Part shown: positions 9,799 through 20,359 of the stretch, in pieces | Layout of the letters: each line of letters begins with the position of its first letter | Numbering within the stretch: the first letter of the stretch is position 1 | Assembly: GCA_946497145.1 (NCBI GenBank) | Contig: CAMMJA010000003.1 | Span: 1,169-65,168 of the forward strand | From: an uncultured Mycoplasmatota bacterium | GTDB taxonomy: Bacteria; Bacillota_I; Bacilli_A; RF39; UBA660 | DNA: 64,000 nucleotides | Direction of reading: 5' to 3' | The notes under the pieces: model-generated | What the model saw: the letters and a program-made list of their open reading frames with translations, nothing else | Database searches by the model: none | Told to the model about the DNA's origin: nothing | Program-made: the position numbers and the translations under genes

Positions 9799-11349
9799 AT
9801 GAGAGTTTTGGAAGTAAACAATATTGATTTAATTGGAAGAAGATTTAATGGTTATGACTTTGTGGAAGAGCTGAATACAGAGGAAATGCATATAGATCAA
9901 AGTACGATTATTAAGCAATCTCTTCATCCTAATGTTTATCCGTTACTTGGGCAAGAATTGATGCCGTATTTTTATCAATTAGAGAAATTTGAAACTGAGC
10001 ACTTAGCAGTTCATTCTAATTTAAGTATTACATCTCCTGCCTTGATAAATTCTCCTTTGATGAAACAAGCAGATATTGTTCATTTTCATATGTTTCATAA
10101 TAGTAAATTTTCTTTATATTCTTTGTTAGAAATTGCTAGTAAGAAGAAGGTAATCCTTTCTTTACACGATCCTTGGCTATTGACTGGGCATTGTGTTCAT
10201 TTTCATAACTGTGATGGCTGGAAAAATGGATGTAAGCATTGTCCTCATTTAGATTGGATATTCGCTTTGAAAGAAGATTATGCATCTGAACTTTTTCAGC
10301 TCAAGAAAAAAATTTTTTCTCAAATTGATGTAGATTTGGTAGTTCCTTCTCATTGGATGTTAGATTTAGTAAAAAAGAGTCCTATTTTAAAACATATTAA
10401 AAATGTTCATCTTATTCCATTTGGTATCGATACTGATATTTTTTCTGATTCAATTGGAAAAGAAAAGGCCAGAAAGCATTTTGGCATTGATCCAGATGAT
10501 TTTGTGTTGTTTTTTCGTAGTCAAAAAGAGTTTAAAGGCACCGAATATATTTATAAAGCTTTAAAAGGATTAAAGACTAACAGAAGAATTACCATTTTAA
10601 CTTGTAGTGAAAAGGGACTTTTAAAGGGAATGGAAGATCAATATCGAATTATTGATTTGGGAAATGTTGATACGGATACATTGGTTTATTGTTATAATGC
10701 TTGTGATCTTTTTTTGATGCCGTCAATTGGGGAATCATTTGGTATGATGGCAATTGAGGCAATGTCTTGTAAAAGACCGGTGATTGTATTTGACAATACA
10801 GCATTACCTTATGTAACACATGCTCCAGAATGTGGTTATTTGGTAAAGAATAAAGATTATAAAGATTTAAGAAAAGCAATTTTGCATTTTTTAGAACATG
10901 AAGAAGATTGTCAAATAAGAGGAGAACTAGGTCGAAATATTGTTTTAAAGACGTATCGGTTATCTGATTATTATGCAAATATTCAAAATTTATATCGTGA
11001 AGTATATCGTAGGGAACATAAAAAAATTTGTTTGAAACAAGAGAAAGAAGAGGAGTCCATTAATTATTTAAAATATAAACTGAATCAACTATCAAAAGAG
11101 TTGTTTGCAAATGATCAAAAAAAGTATCGTCTATTAGAATATAAGATAGATTCCACAAAGAAGTACGAGGGTAAGATCAAATATTCTAGTTTGGCTATTC
11201 AAAAAATAATTGATGATTATAATAAAAAATTATATTCTCTTTTATTAGATCAACCTAAATCAATAAAAATAGTTTCTAAATTGAAAGAGAAAATACGAAG
11301 TCATCCTCGTGTTTATGCTTTATTAAAGAAAATAAGACGAAGTAGGTGA
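9799..11349 (+). CDS. GT4 (GT-B) glycosyltransferase with C-terminal K/E-rich extension
   Basis: ESFGMMAIEAMSCKRPV (EX7E) motif. 516 aa. Confidence 0.75.
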   Translation: MRVLEVNNIDLIGRRFNGYDFVEELNTEEMHIDQSTIIKQSLHPNVYPLLGQELMPYFYQLEKFETEHLAVHSNLSITSPALINSPLMKQADIVHFHMFHNSKFSLYSLLEIASKKKVILSLHDPWLLTGHCVHFHNCDGWKNGCKHCPHLDWIFALKEDYASELFQLKKKIFSQIDVDLVVPSHWMLDLVKKSPILKHIKNVHLIPFGIDTDIFSDSIGKEKARKHFGIDPDDFVLFFRSQKEFKGTEYIYKALKGLKTNRRITILTCSEKGLLKGMEDQYRIIDLGNVDTDTLVYCYNACDLFLMPSIGESFGMMAIEAMSCKRPVIVFDNTALPYVTHAPECGYLVKNKDYKDLRKAILHFLEHEEDCQIRGELGRNIVLKTYRLSDYYANIQNLYREVYRREHKKICLKQEKEEESINYLKYKLNQLSKELFANDQKKYRLLEYKIDSTKKYEGKIKYSSLAIQKIIDDYNKKLYSLLLDQPKSIKIVSKLKEKIRSHPRVYALLKKIRRSR

Positions 11350-11353
11350 AAAT

Positions 11354-13237
11354 ATGTTAACTATGTTAAATTTTATGTTGATTCTTGTAATTTTGTTTTT
11401 ACCTAGTATCTATTTATTAATTAAATATCAGAAAAAAATAGAAACAACACTTCCTTTTGTCTTTATTAGCGATGTACTGGTAATGTTTCTATTTGGTATT
11501 TTTCATTTGTTAAAGTTTAGTGTTTATGTTATTGCTTTTGCGTCAGCTGTATTTCTAATTTTGTCCATTGTTGAATTTATAAAAAGTAAAGAAAAGAAGA
11601 AAATTATACAGCGTGCTTTGACACCGGGAATGGTTATTTATGTTGCGATGATCTTGTTTATTTGCTTGTATAATCGAGGAAAGTTTTTAACTTTGTGGGA
11701 TGAATTTTCTCATTGGGGTGATGTAGTTAAAGCAATGTATTTAACCAACGATTTTAGCACTGGTCCACATTCTTTGTCGCTATTTCAATCTTATTTGCCA
11801 GGTATGAGTTTATTTCAATACTTGTTTCAAAGCTTGAGTTTTAATGGTTTTTATGAGCCGTATCTTTTTATTAGTTATCAAATGTTTTTGATCAGTTTGT
11901 TTTTGCCATTCATGCAAAATTTGAAATGGAAGGAAGTAGGAAAAAACTTATTAATTGCTACGCTTGTTGTATTTGGACCAGTAACACTATTCAATGAATT
12001 CTACGATAGTATTTATGTAGATGCTTTTTTAGGTAGTATTACAGCATTCTGTTTTGCTCAGCTTTATATGTTTAAAATAAAAGATAAAGTTAAATTAACC
12101 GGATTGGTTTTGAGTACTTGTATGTTGGTTTTGGTGAAAGATATTGGAATTTTTTTAGCGGGCTTTTCTACTTTGGTTCTTTTCATTTTTTGCCTTAGAG
12201 ATTTTTGTTTAGAAAAAAATAAGAAATTAATGTTGTTGATTAAAAAGTTAAAACCTTTTATTATTACGTTAGCAGCGGCATTTTTCGTCTATGGGTTGTG
12301 GAAGTTAAATATTTTTTTGAATCATGCTGAGGTTATGTTCGACAATCCATTCAATATAAAACAAATACTTCAAGTTTTACTTGGGCAAGATGATACTTAT
12401 CGTTCTGTTGTAAGAGATAATTTTATTACTGCATTGAAAGATGTTGCACTTATTAAAACAAATTTTAATTTAAATATTTTTGTTATTCTCCTTTCTTTTC
12501 TTATCTTATTTTTTATTATCTACAATACGTCAAAAGAGAAGTGTATAGAAAAGAAGATAACAGTGATTGTTTTGTTTGTTGGACAAGTGATATATACAAT
12601 TATGCACTTGGTATTATATATTACGAAATTTACAGAATATGAAGCACTTCGATTGGCATCTTTTGATCGATATATGTGTATTTATTTGTCTGCCATTTTT
12701 ATTTTTTTAATTATGATTGGTATTTCTTCTAAGAAGCAATATCGGTTTTCTTGGGGGATTTATGCATTGACTGCTTTTGTTGTCGCGTTTACGCCAATTA
12801 CTTCTGTTATTCATAGGATGAACGAAGGCAATGCGAATACTTACGTGATTCGAGAACCGTATATCGATGCTGCAAATCAGGTGCATCAGTATTTGAAAAA
12901 TGAAAAAAAACGCATTTATATTATATCTGAGCATACATCTGGTTTCGATTATCATGCCTTAAAGTATTCTTTTCGAGAAAATCTAAGTGGCGTTTCGCCT
13001 AATAATACGTGGAGTATTGGGGTTCCAGCAGGAAAGGAAGACGTTTGGACTTGGCAAATCAATGATCAACAGTGGTGGAAGCAATTAGAAGCAAACTACG
13101 ATTATGTTTATTTATATCGTGTTAATGAAAGTTTTATTAATAGTTTTCAAAATTTATTTGTAGATAAACAAAACATTCATGATAGACAATTATATAAAGT
13201 AGATGTATCTTTAAATAAATTAGTATTAGTTGCTTAA
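11354..13237 (+). CDS. Large polytopic membrane protein, possible polymerase or GT-C type glycosyltransferase
   Basis: 627 aa with many hydrophobic spans followed by a soluble C-terminal domain. The function is inferred from cluster context only; no motif was recognised. Confidence 0.4.
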   Translation: MLTMLNFMLILVILFLPSIYLLIKYQKKIETTLPFVFISDVLVMFLFGIFHLLKFSVYVIAFASAVFLILSIVEFIKSKEKKKIIQRALTPGMVIYVAMILFICLYNRGKFLTLWDEFSHWGDVVKAMYLTNDFSTGPHSLSLFQSYLPGMSLFQYLFQSLSFNGFYEPYLFISYQMFLISLFLPFMQNLKWKEVGKNLLIATLVVFGPVTLFNEFYDSIYVDAFLGSITAFCFAQLYMFKIKDKVKLTGLVLSTCMLVLVKDIGIFLAGFSTLVLFIFCLRDFCLEKNKKLMLLIKKLKPFIITLAAAFFVYGLWKLNIFLNHAEVMFDNPFNIKQILQVLLGQDDTYRSVVRDNFITALKDVALIKTNFNLNIFVILLSFLILFFIIYNTSKEKCIEKKITVIVLFVGQVIYTIMHLVLYITKFTEYEALRLASFDRYMCIYLSAIFIFLIMIGISSKKQYRFSWGIYALTAFVVAFTPITSVIHRMNEGNANTYVIREPYIDAANQVHQYLKNEKKRIYIISEHTSGFDYHALKYSFRENLSGVSPNNTWSIGVPAGKEDVWTWQINDQQWWKQLEANYDYVYLYRVNESFINSFQNLFVDKQNIHDRQLYKVDVSLNKLVLVA

Positions 13238-13286
13238 TTTTTCTAATGGAATGAATATATTAGATAATTTTGAAGAGGTGTAAAAA

Positions 13287-15686
13287 ATGAAACAACAGAT
13301 TAAGAAGATGATAAAACCATTTGCAAAACCAATATTGAATCGTTTTGAGCAGGTAAATTCTCATATTGATTTTATTGGATCTACGTTAGAGGAAAAAACA
13401 AAAGAATTAGAGGAAACGTATAAAAGTAAGATAGAAATGGTTCAAAACCAGATTGAGGAAAATCGTCAAAATACTATAAATTCTGTTAAAAATGTATTTT
13501 ATTATCATGGTGGTAGCGGAAATCATGGATGTGAGGCATTACTTAGAACTATAATTGATATTAATCAATTTAATCCGGAAGAGAATGCACTATATTCCTA
13601 CCGACAAGAAGAAGATTATCAGTTTAAAATTTCGACATTGATCCATCATATTTATTCTTCTAACTTGGATGCGCAAGAAGTACATTTACATTTTAATCCT
13701 GGAACGATTGCTTTTTCAGTAGGAGGAGATAACTATTGTGGCTATGATTGGGGAACTAAGCGATTAGCACGGTACAACCAAAAATTTAATCAAAACGGGG
13801 CGATTACAGCATTGATTGGTTGTAGTATTGAACCAGATGTTTTGCAACATCAAGAGGTATTAGATGATTTAGAACAATTTTCTTTAATTACTGCCCGAGA
13901 ATCGATTACTTACGATGCCTTGGTGAAGCATGGCATTACTAAAAATACACATTTGATACCAGACAGTGCTTTTACATTAGAATCTATTGAAAAACCATTA
14001 CCTCTTCATTTTGTAGAAGGAAAGACAGTAGGAATTAATGTTAGTAGTTTAGTACAAGGGTATGATCCGATTACCTATGATAATTATTGTAATTTAATTC
14101 AATATATGATAGATCATACTAATTATCAAATCGCTTTAATTCCACACGTTGTACAATCGTTTAATGATGATTTAAAAATTTTGTCAAAATTGTATCGAAA
14201 GTTTAGTCATACGAATCGTCTATGTTTTATTCAAAATTGTAATTGTATGGAACTAAAGGGGTATATCAAAAGATGTACGATGTTTATTGGTGCTAGAACG
14301 CACTCGACTATTGCTGCTTATTCTTCTTGTGTTCCCACTTTAGTGTTGGGTTATTCTGTCAAGTCAAAGGGAATAGCGAAAGATTTGTTTGGTACTTATG
14401 ATCATTATGTCTTGTCTGTTCATGATTTGAAAACTCCTCAAGATTTAGTAAAACATTTTAAATGGCTCGATCAACATCAACAAGAAATCCGTTCCCATTT
14501 GCACGAAATCATGCCTGAATATATCAAACGTTGTTACGAACTACAAAAGGAAGTGGAAAATACTAGAAAAAAGTATACTCCTCAACCTTTGTTAGCATCT
14601 AGAAACTCTTGTACTGGTTGTGAAGCATGTAAGAGTATTTGTCCAAAACATTGTATTAAAATGATTACCAATGATAACGGCTTTTTAGAACCACAAATTG
14701 ATTACAAGAAATGTATCCATTGTAATTTGTGTAAACAGATATGTCCCGTTTTAAAGGAAAAAATATCCATTAGACCTGATGAAAGTTATGCTGTTCAAGC
14801 AATGGATGATCAGGTAAGACAGAATAGTTCTAGTGGAGGTGTCTTTACGTTATTGGCTGAAGAGATTATCCAAAAAGGCGGTACTGTATTTGGGGCGGCT
14901 ATGATGGAAGATTGTACTGTAAAACACGTGATGGTAAGTGATAGCAAAAATTTGTCAAAGTTACGTGGAAGTAAATATGTTCAAAGTGAAATCGGGACGA
15001 TTTATTTAGAAGTCAAAAAAAAGTTAAAAGAAGGGTTGGTACTATTTAGTGGAACACCTTGTCAAGTTGCAGGGTTGAAGGCATTTTTACAGGAGGATAA
15101 TTCTAACTTATATTGTGTTGATGTCGTATGTCATGGAGTTCCAAGTCCTACTATTTTTAAATGTTATTTGCAGGAACTCGAAGAAAAATATCATGATAAA
15201 ATCATAGATGTAAATTTTAGATATAAAGATCATAGTTGGGTTGATTTTCATATTCGTATTCAATTTCAAAATGGTAAAATCATCAATGAACCAATACGTG
15301 AGAATAGTTATATGTCTGCTTTTCTTTCTAATTTGATTTTGCGTCCTAGTTGTTTTGAATGTCGCTTTCAAAATTTTTGCTCTAGTGCAGATATTACAAT
15401 AGGTGATTATTGGGGAATTGAAAATATTCATCAGGATGATGAGAAACTATTGGATGATAAGGGAACAACATTTGTTATGATTCAAAATAGTAAAGGTAAG
15501 CAGTTGTTTGATCGCGTGAAAAAAAGAGTTTATTGTGTTGAAACAGATATTGACAAAGCAATTCCATATAATCGTTGTTTAACAAATTCAGTTGTGCCTC
15601 ATACAAAGTATGAAGAGTTTTGGAGTGAATTAGAACTCACTAAAGTAAATGAGATTTTAAGAAAATATTTAGAAGAAAGAAGATGA
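13287..15686 (+). CDS. Polysaccharide pyruvyl transferase fused to a 2x[4Fe-4S] / F420-hydrogenase-beta (FrhB)-like domain
   Basis: 799 aa. The N-terminal ~430 aa resemble CsaB/WcaK-type pyruvyl transferases. These are followed by CTGCEACKSICPKHC and CIHCNLCKQICP ferredoxin motifs and an FrhB-like C-terminal region. Confidence 0.65.
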   Translation: MKQQIKKMIKPFAKPILNRFEQVNSHIDFIGSTLEEKTKELEETYKSKIEMVQNQIEENRQNTINSVKNVFYYHGGSGNHGCEALLRTIIDINQFNPEENALYSYRQEEDYQFKISTLIHHIYSSNLDAQEVHLHFNPGTIAFSVGGDNYCGYDWGTKRLARYNQKFNQNGAITALIGCSIEPDVLQHQEVLDDLEQFSLITARESITYDALVKHGITKNTHLIPDSAFTLESIEKPLPLHFVEGKTVGINVSSLVQGYDPITYDNYCNLIQYMIDHTNYQIALIPHVVQSFNDDLKILSKLYRKFSHTNRLCFIQNCNCMELKGYIKRCTMFIGARTHSTIAAYSSCVPTLVLGYSVKSKGIAKDLFGTYDHYVLSVHDLKTPQDLVKHFKWLDQHQQEIRSHLHEIMPEYIKRCYELQKEVENTRKKYTPQPLLASRNSCTGCEACKSICPKHCIKMITNDNGFLEPQIDYKKCIHCNLCKQICPVLKEKISIRPDESYAVQAMDDQVRQNSSSGGVFTLLAEEIIQKGGTVFGAAMMEDCTVKHVMVSDSKNLSKLRGSKYVQSEIGTIYLEVKKKLKEGLVLFSGTPCQVAGLKAFLQEDNSNLYCVDVVCHGVPSPTIFKCYLQELEEKYHDKIIDVNFRYKDHSWVDFHIRIQFQNGKIINEPIRENSYMSAFLSNLILRPSCFECRFQNFCSSADITIGDYWGIENIHQDDEKLLDDKGTTFVMIQNSKGKQLFDRVKKRVYCVETDIDKAIPYNRCLTNSVVPHTKYEEFWSELELTKVNEILRKYLEERR

Positions 15687-15690
15687 GGTT

Positions 15691-16620
15691 ATGGAACCGT
15701 GGGTTAGTATTTTAACGCCTTGTTATAATTCAGAAAAATATATCGGAACTTATCTAGATAAGATATTACAACAAACTTACGATAACATTGAACTAGTAAT
15801 CATCAATGATGGTTCAACAGATAATACGGAGCATATTATCAAGTCATATCAATCTAAAATAAAGTTGAGAGGGTATCGTCTTGTCTATTATAAACAAAAA
15901 AATAAAGGTTTGGGTGCTGCAATTAATCAAGGATTAAAATTGATGACAGGTGATTTTTTTTGCTGGTGTGATAGTGATAATTTTTATGCCAATGAATATG
16001 TAGAAAAGAATATAAATGTTTTTCTTTCTTCTAACTGTAATATTGTTCGCTGTGACGGATATTTATACTATGATGATGACTTAGAGCATCCATACCATCA
16101 GTTTTCTAAATATAATACTGATAAATTTAAGAAACGTTTGTTTTTAAATGCTATAGTAGAAAAAAATTTTCATTTTGGCTGTGCAATGATACGTACTAGT
16201 GCTTTCGATATGGTTTGTCCGGATCGTGAAATCTATCCTTCTCGTTATGGACAAAATTGGCAAATTTTGCTTCCGATTCTTTATTATTATGATGCTTATT
16301 ATATAGATGAACCACTATTTTTCTTCATTAATCGCAAAGACAGTATTTCTAGTTCGAGTCATACTAGAGATAAAATGCTAGAAATGCAAAACGATCATGA
16401 AAAGATTTTATTAGAAACTATCAAAAAAATGCAAATTAAGGATGCTAAGTACTATGAGGGGATTATTAGAGAAAAATATATAAAAAGACGTATTTGGGTT
16501 GCTGAAACTTACCATGATCAAGAATTGTTAGAAAAATCAAAAAAAGAGTTATCGGAGTTTCAAAAATTTTGTAATCGTAGAAAATACTTTTGTTTATTTC
16601 CTAAATATAGAAAACCTTAA
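15691..16620 (+). CDS. GT2 glycosyltransferase
   Basis: SILTPCYNSEKYI, INDGSTDNT and DSDN motifs. Confidence 0.8.
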   Translation: MEPWVSILTPCYNSEKYIGTYLDKILQQTYDNIELVIINDGSTDNTEHIIKSYQSKIKLRGYRLVYYKQKNKGLGAAINQGLKLMTGDFFCWCDSDNFYANEYVEKNINVFLSSNCNIVRCDGYLYYDDDLEHPYHQFSKYNTDKFKKRLFLNAIVEKNFHFGCAMIRTSAFDMVCPDREIYPSRYGQNWQILLPILYYYDAYYIDEPLFFFINRKDSISSSSHTRDKMLEMQNDHEKILLETIKKMQIKDAKYYEGIIREKYIKRRIWVAETYHDQELLEKSKKELSEFQKFCNRRKYFCLFPKYRKP

Positions 16621-16649
16621 GTTATCTTTTAAATAGAGGAGTGATATGG

Positions 16650-17660
16650 ATGAACGTATTAGTAACAGGAGGCGCTGGTTATATTGGAAGTCATACTATA
16701 GTTGAATTGTTAAATTATGGTTATGAAGTTGTTATGGTTGATAATTTTTCTAATTCAAAACGTGAAGTGATTGACCACATCAAAGAAATTACCAATCGGG
16801 AATTTACTTTTTATGAAGGGGACGTTTCTGATGAAGCGTTTATGGAAAAAGTTTTTACGGAAAATAAGATTGAGTGCGTCATTCATTTTGCAGGATATAA
16901 GGCCGTAGGGGAATCAGTTGAAAAACCGATTTTGTATTATCGCAACAACTTAAATTCTACGTTGGTACTTTGTGATGTTATGAAAAATCATAATTGTAAA
17001 AAATTGGTCTTTTCATCAAGTGCTACTGTCTATGGAAAACCAAAAGAATTGCCAATTAAAGAAGATTTTCCTTTATCTACTACGAATCCTTATGGAACAA
17101 CGAAATTGATGATTGAAAAAATATTAGAGGATATTTATCATTCAGATCATGAATGGGATATTGTTATTTTAAGATATTTTAATCCTATTGGTGCGCATGA
17201 GAGTGGTTTGATAGGAGAAGATCCAAATGGCATTCCGAATAATTTAATGCCTTATATTGTGAAAGTTGCCACCCATGAATTGGAATGCCTAAATGTATTT
17301 GGTAACGATTATGATACACCAGATGGTACGGGAGTTCGTGATTATATTCATGTTGTTGATTTAGCAAAAGGCCATATTAAAGCGTGTGAAAAATTATTTC
17401 AGCATAAAGGACTTGGAATTTATAATTTAGGAACGGGAATTGGCTACAGTGTATTAGATTTAATTCATGCATTTGAAAAAGTAAATCAAGTTACAGTTAA
17501 TTATAAAATTGTAGAAAGACGTCCAGGAGATATTGATGCTTGTTATGCAGATCCAACTAGTGCTTTGGAAGAATTGGGCTGGAAAGCAGAGAAAAATATT
17601 GATGATATGTGTCGAGATGCTTATCATTTTGCAATAGAGCAAAATAATATGTTAAGATAA
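16650..17660 (+). CDS. galE: UDP-glucose 4-epimerase
   Basis: VTGGAGYIGSH, YGTTK catalytic motif, ~336 aa. ATG at 16650 has a GAGGAG RBS 8 nt upstream; the ORF track begins at GTG 16641. Confidence 0.9.
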   Translation: MNVLVTGGAGYIGSHTIVELLNYGYEVVMVDNFSNSKREVIDHIKEITNREFTFYEGDVSDEAFMEKVFTENKIECVIHFAGYKAVGESVEKPILYYRNNLNSTLVLCDVMKNHNCKKLVFSSSATVYGKPKELPIKEDFPLSTTNPYGTTKLMIEKILEDIYHSDHEWDIVILRYFNPIGAHESGLIGEDPNGIPNNLMPYIVKVATHELECLNVFGNDYDTPDGTGVRDYIHVVDLAKGHIKACEKLFQHKGLGIYNLGTGIGYSVLDLIHAFEKVNQVTVNYKIVERRPGDIDACYADPTSALEELGWKAEKNIDDMCRDAYHFAIEQNNMLR

Positions 17661-17677
17661 TAGTGAAGAGGTAACGT

Positions 17678-18403
17678 ATGAAAATATTAGTAATTATACC
17701 AGCTTATAATGAAGAATTAAACATTTTAAATACTTGCAAACAATTAAATAAAGCAAATAAAAAGATGAAGTGGAAAGTTGATTATTTGGTTATTAATGAC
17801 GGATCTAAAGATCGCACATCTGAAGTTTGTAAAGAAAATCAATTACCATGTATTAATTTGGTTCAAAATTTAGGGATAGGTGGAGCAGTACAAACTGGGT
17901 ATAAATATGCATATGAAAATGATTATGATATTGCAATTCAGTTTGATGGTGATGGGCAGCATGATGCCAGTTATTTGTCTTCCTTGATAGAGCCGATTGT
18001 AAACAAAGAAGCATCTATGACAATTGGATCTCGCTACATTTCTACGTTAAGCGAGTTTAAGTCGACGAAAATAAGACAACTTGGTATTAAAATATTATCT
18101 TTTGTTTTGAAAGTGTGCACTAGAAAAAAAGTATATGATGTAACGAGTGGTTTTAGAGCGATTAATCGTGATGTAATCAAATTGTTTAAAGAAGATTATC
18201 CCATTGATTATCCAGAACCAGAATCTTTGGTAAATGTAGTGAAACATGGATATATGATTCAAGAAATTCCTGTCAAAATGAACGAAAGAAAATATGGAAA
18301 ATCTTCTATTACTCCATTGAAAAGTATTTATTATATGATTAAAGTTTCTCTTTCTATTTTAATTAACAGTATTGTTATAGAAAAGGAGAGTGAAAACAGA
18401 TGA
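17678..18403 (+). CDS. GT2 polyprenyl-phosphate sugar synthase-like glycosyltransferase (DPM1/ArnC-like)
   Basis: IIPAYNEE, INDGSKD and FDGDGQHD motifs. 241 aa with no C-terminal TM segment. Followed by two small membrane proteins. Confidence 0.65.
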   Translation: MKILVIIPAYNEELNILNTCKQLNKANKKMKWKVDYLVINDGSKDRTSEVCKENQLPCINLVQNLGIGGAVQTGYKYAYENDYDIAIQFDGDGQHDASYLSSLIEPIVNKEASMTIGSRYISTLSEFKSTKIRQLGIKILSFVLKVCTRKKVYDVTSGFRAINRDVIKLFKEDYPIDYPEPESLVNVVKHGYMIQEIPVKMNERKYGKSSITPLKSIYYMIKVSLSILINSIVIEKESENR

Positions 18404-18750
18404 TGTTGCAATTACAAATTTTCTTAGTTTGCCTGATTTTCATTGTATTGGTTTGTATTTTTCGATTTATTAAAAAGAAACATTTATCGATGAAGTATGG
18501 TATTTTTTGGTTACTTTTACTATGTCTTTTGTTAATTCCTGTTCTTTTTCCTCAGATGGTCGAAGTAATATCAGAATTTTTGGGCTTTGAAGTTTCTTCT
18601 AATATGGTATTCTTATTTGCTTTTGTTTTTCTTTTTTATGTTATTTTTGTTTTGTATATTAATGTATCTAAATTGGTTGATCAAAATAAAATTTTAACGC
18701 AAGAATTATCGTTGTTGAAAGCAAAAATAGAACGGGAGGATAGAAAATGA
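18400..18750 (+). CDS. Small membrane protein (DUF2304-like) coupled to the GT2
   Basis: 116 aa, hydrophobic N-terminal part plus a C-terminal coiled segment. The start overlaps the upstream stop codon. Confidence 0.5.
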   Translation: MMLQLQIFLVCLIFIVLVCIFRFIKKKHLSMKYGIFWLLLLCLLLIPVLFPQMVEVISEFLGFEVSSNMVFLFAFVFLFYVIFVLYINVSKLVDQNKILTQELSLLKAKIEREDRK

Positions 18751-19100
18751 TTTATGTGATGTTTGGTATTTATGTTATCTTGGCTTCCAGTGGTCTTTTG
18801 CTTTTTAAGGCAGGAAGTACCAGTGGCTTGATGTTACAGCTGAATTCGTTGGGATTTCATGTTTCAATCAATTGGCTATCTTTAGTTGGTATTGTGTGTT
18901 ATTTGGGAAGTTTTTTACTGTGGCTATATATTGTATCACAGACAAAATTAACATGGGCTATGCCGTTATCGGTTGGGTTAATCAATACAGTGATTTATAT
19001 TGCTTCGGCAATTTTCTTTAAAGAACCAATTGGTGTAATGCAAGTTATCGGAGTATTTTTGGTTGCTGCAGGCGTTACATTGATTTCTGTTCAAAAGTAA
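18747..19100 (+). CDS. Four-TM EamA/SMR-like small membrane protein (ArnE/ArnF-like flippase subunit candidate)
   Basis: 117 aa with four hydrophobic spans. Overlaps the upstream stop (ATGA). Confidence 0.5.
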   Translation: MIYVMFGIYVILASSGLLLFKAGSTSGLMLQLNSLGFHVSINWLSLVGIVCYLGSFLLWLYIVSQTKLTWAMPLSVGLINTVIYIASAIFFKEPIGVMQVIGVFLVAAGVTLISVQK

Positions 19101-19133
19101 AAGAGTAAAATGGAAAAGAGAGAAGAGGTATTT

Positions 19134-20252
19134 ATGATAAGAGTAATGACAGTTTTTGGGACAAGACCCGAAGCAATTAAAATGGCACCTTTGGTAAAGG
19201 AATTAAAAAAAAGAGAAGAAATTGAGTGTATTGTTTGCGTAACCGCACAGCATAGGGAAATGTTAGATCAAGTATTAGAAACATTTGACATTGTACCTGA
19301 CTTTGATTTAAATATTATGAAGCAAGGGCAAACGTTAGGTGATGTAACAACTCGTGCGTTAAATGGTTTGGAAGGAGTTATTAAGCAAGTCAAACCAGAT
19401 ATTGTTTTGGTTCATGGTGATACGACGACTACTTTTGCAGGTGCTTTGGCTGCTTTTTATAATCAAGTAGCAATTGGACATGTTGAAGCAGGTCTTAGAA
19501 CGTGGGACAAATATTCTCCATATCCAGAAGAGATGAATCGCCAAATGGTAGGTTGTATGGCAGATATTCATTTTGCACCAACAGAAAAAAGCGCACAAAA
19601 TTTGCTTCGTGAAGGAAAGCCAAAAGATAGTATTTACGTAACAGGTAATACCGCCATCGATGCGATGTCTACTACTGTAGATGTTCATTATCAGCACGAA
19701 GTACTAGATTGGGTTGGCGATGATCGTATGATTTTGCTTACCGCGCATCGTCGCGAAAATTTAGGGGAACCAATGTATCATATTTTTCGAGCAATCAAGC
19801 GCATTGTCGATGAATTTTCAGATGTGAAAGTGGTATATCCCATTCATATGAACCCTAAAGTGAGAAGTATTGCTAAGGAAGTATTAGGAGAATGTGATCG
19901 AGTAAAAATCATTGAGCCGCTCGAAGTATTTGATTTTCATAATTTTCAAAATAAATCATTTATTATTTTGACGGATAGTGGTGGAATTCAAGAAGAAGCA
20001 CCATCGCTTGGAAAACCGGTATTGGTGTTGCGCGATACGACCGAAAGACCTGAAGGAATCGAGGCAGGAACTCTTAAATTGGCAGGAACCGACGAGGAAA
20101 CCATTTATCAGTTAACGAAGCAATTGCTTACGGACCATGATTTATATCATTCTATGAGTCATGCTTCTAATCCATATGGTGATGGGCATGCGAGTGAACG
20201 CATTGCAGATGCCATTATTAATTATTTTACGAAAAAAGCAAAAAAAGTTTAG
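19134..20252 (+). CDS. mnaA: UDP-N-acetylglucosamine 2-epimerase (non-hydrolysing)
   Basis: VFGTRPEAIKMAPL and HVEAGLRT motifs. ATG at 19134 is preferred; the ORF track begins at 19110. Confidence 0.9.
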   Translation: MIRVMTVFGTRPEAIKMAPLVKELKKREEIECIVCVTAQHREMLDQVLETFDIVPDFDLNIMKQGQTLGDVTTRALNGLEGVIKQVKPDIVLVHGDTTTTFAGALAAFYNQVAIGHVEAGLRTWDKYSPYPEEMNRQMVGCMADIHFAPTEKSAQNLLREGKPKDSIYVTGNTAIDAMSTTVDVHYQHEVLDWVGDDRMILLTAHRRENLGEPMYHIFRAIKRIVDEFSDVKVVYPIHMNPKVRSIAKEVLGECDRVKIIEPLEVFDFHNFQNKSFIILTDSGGIQEEAPSLGKPVLVLRDTTERPEGIEAGTLKLAGTDEETIYQLTKQLLTDHDLYHSMSHASNPYGDGHASERIADAIINYFTKKAKKV

Positions 20253-20359
20253 TCAAATAGGCGATATCACAAATATTATAATGGATATACATTGTTATAA
20301 CGTAGAGCAATAGAAATACATGATTCAATCAATATTGGAATTTATAAAGGAGAAATAGA

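Noticed and set aside
15954-15961. T8 tract inside the GT2 gene (also A8 at 1799-1806 near the start of ORF 1785) as possible phase-variation switches
   Set aside because: Homopolymers of this length are common in DNA this AT-rich. Both genes are in frame, and there is no evidence of length variation from a single sequence.
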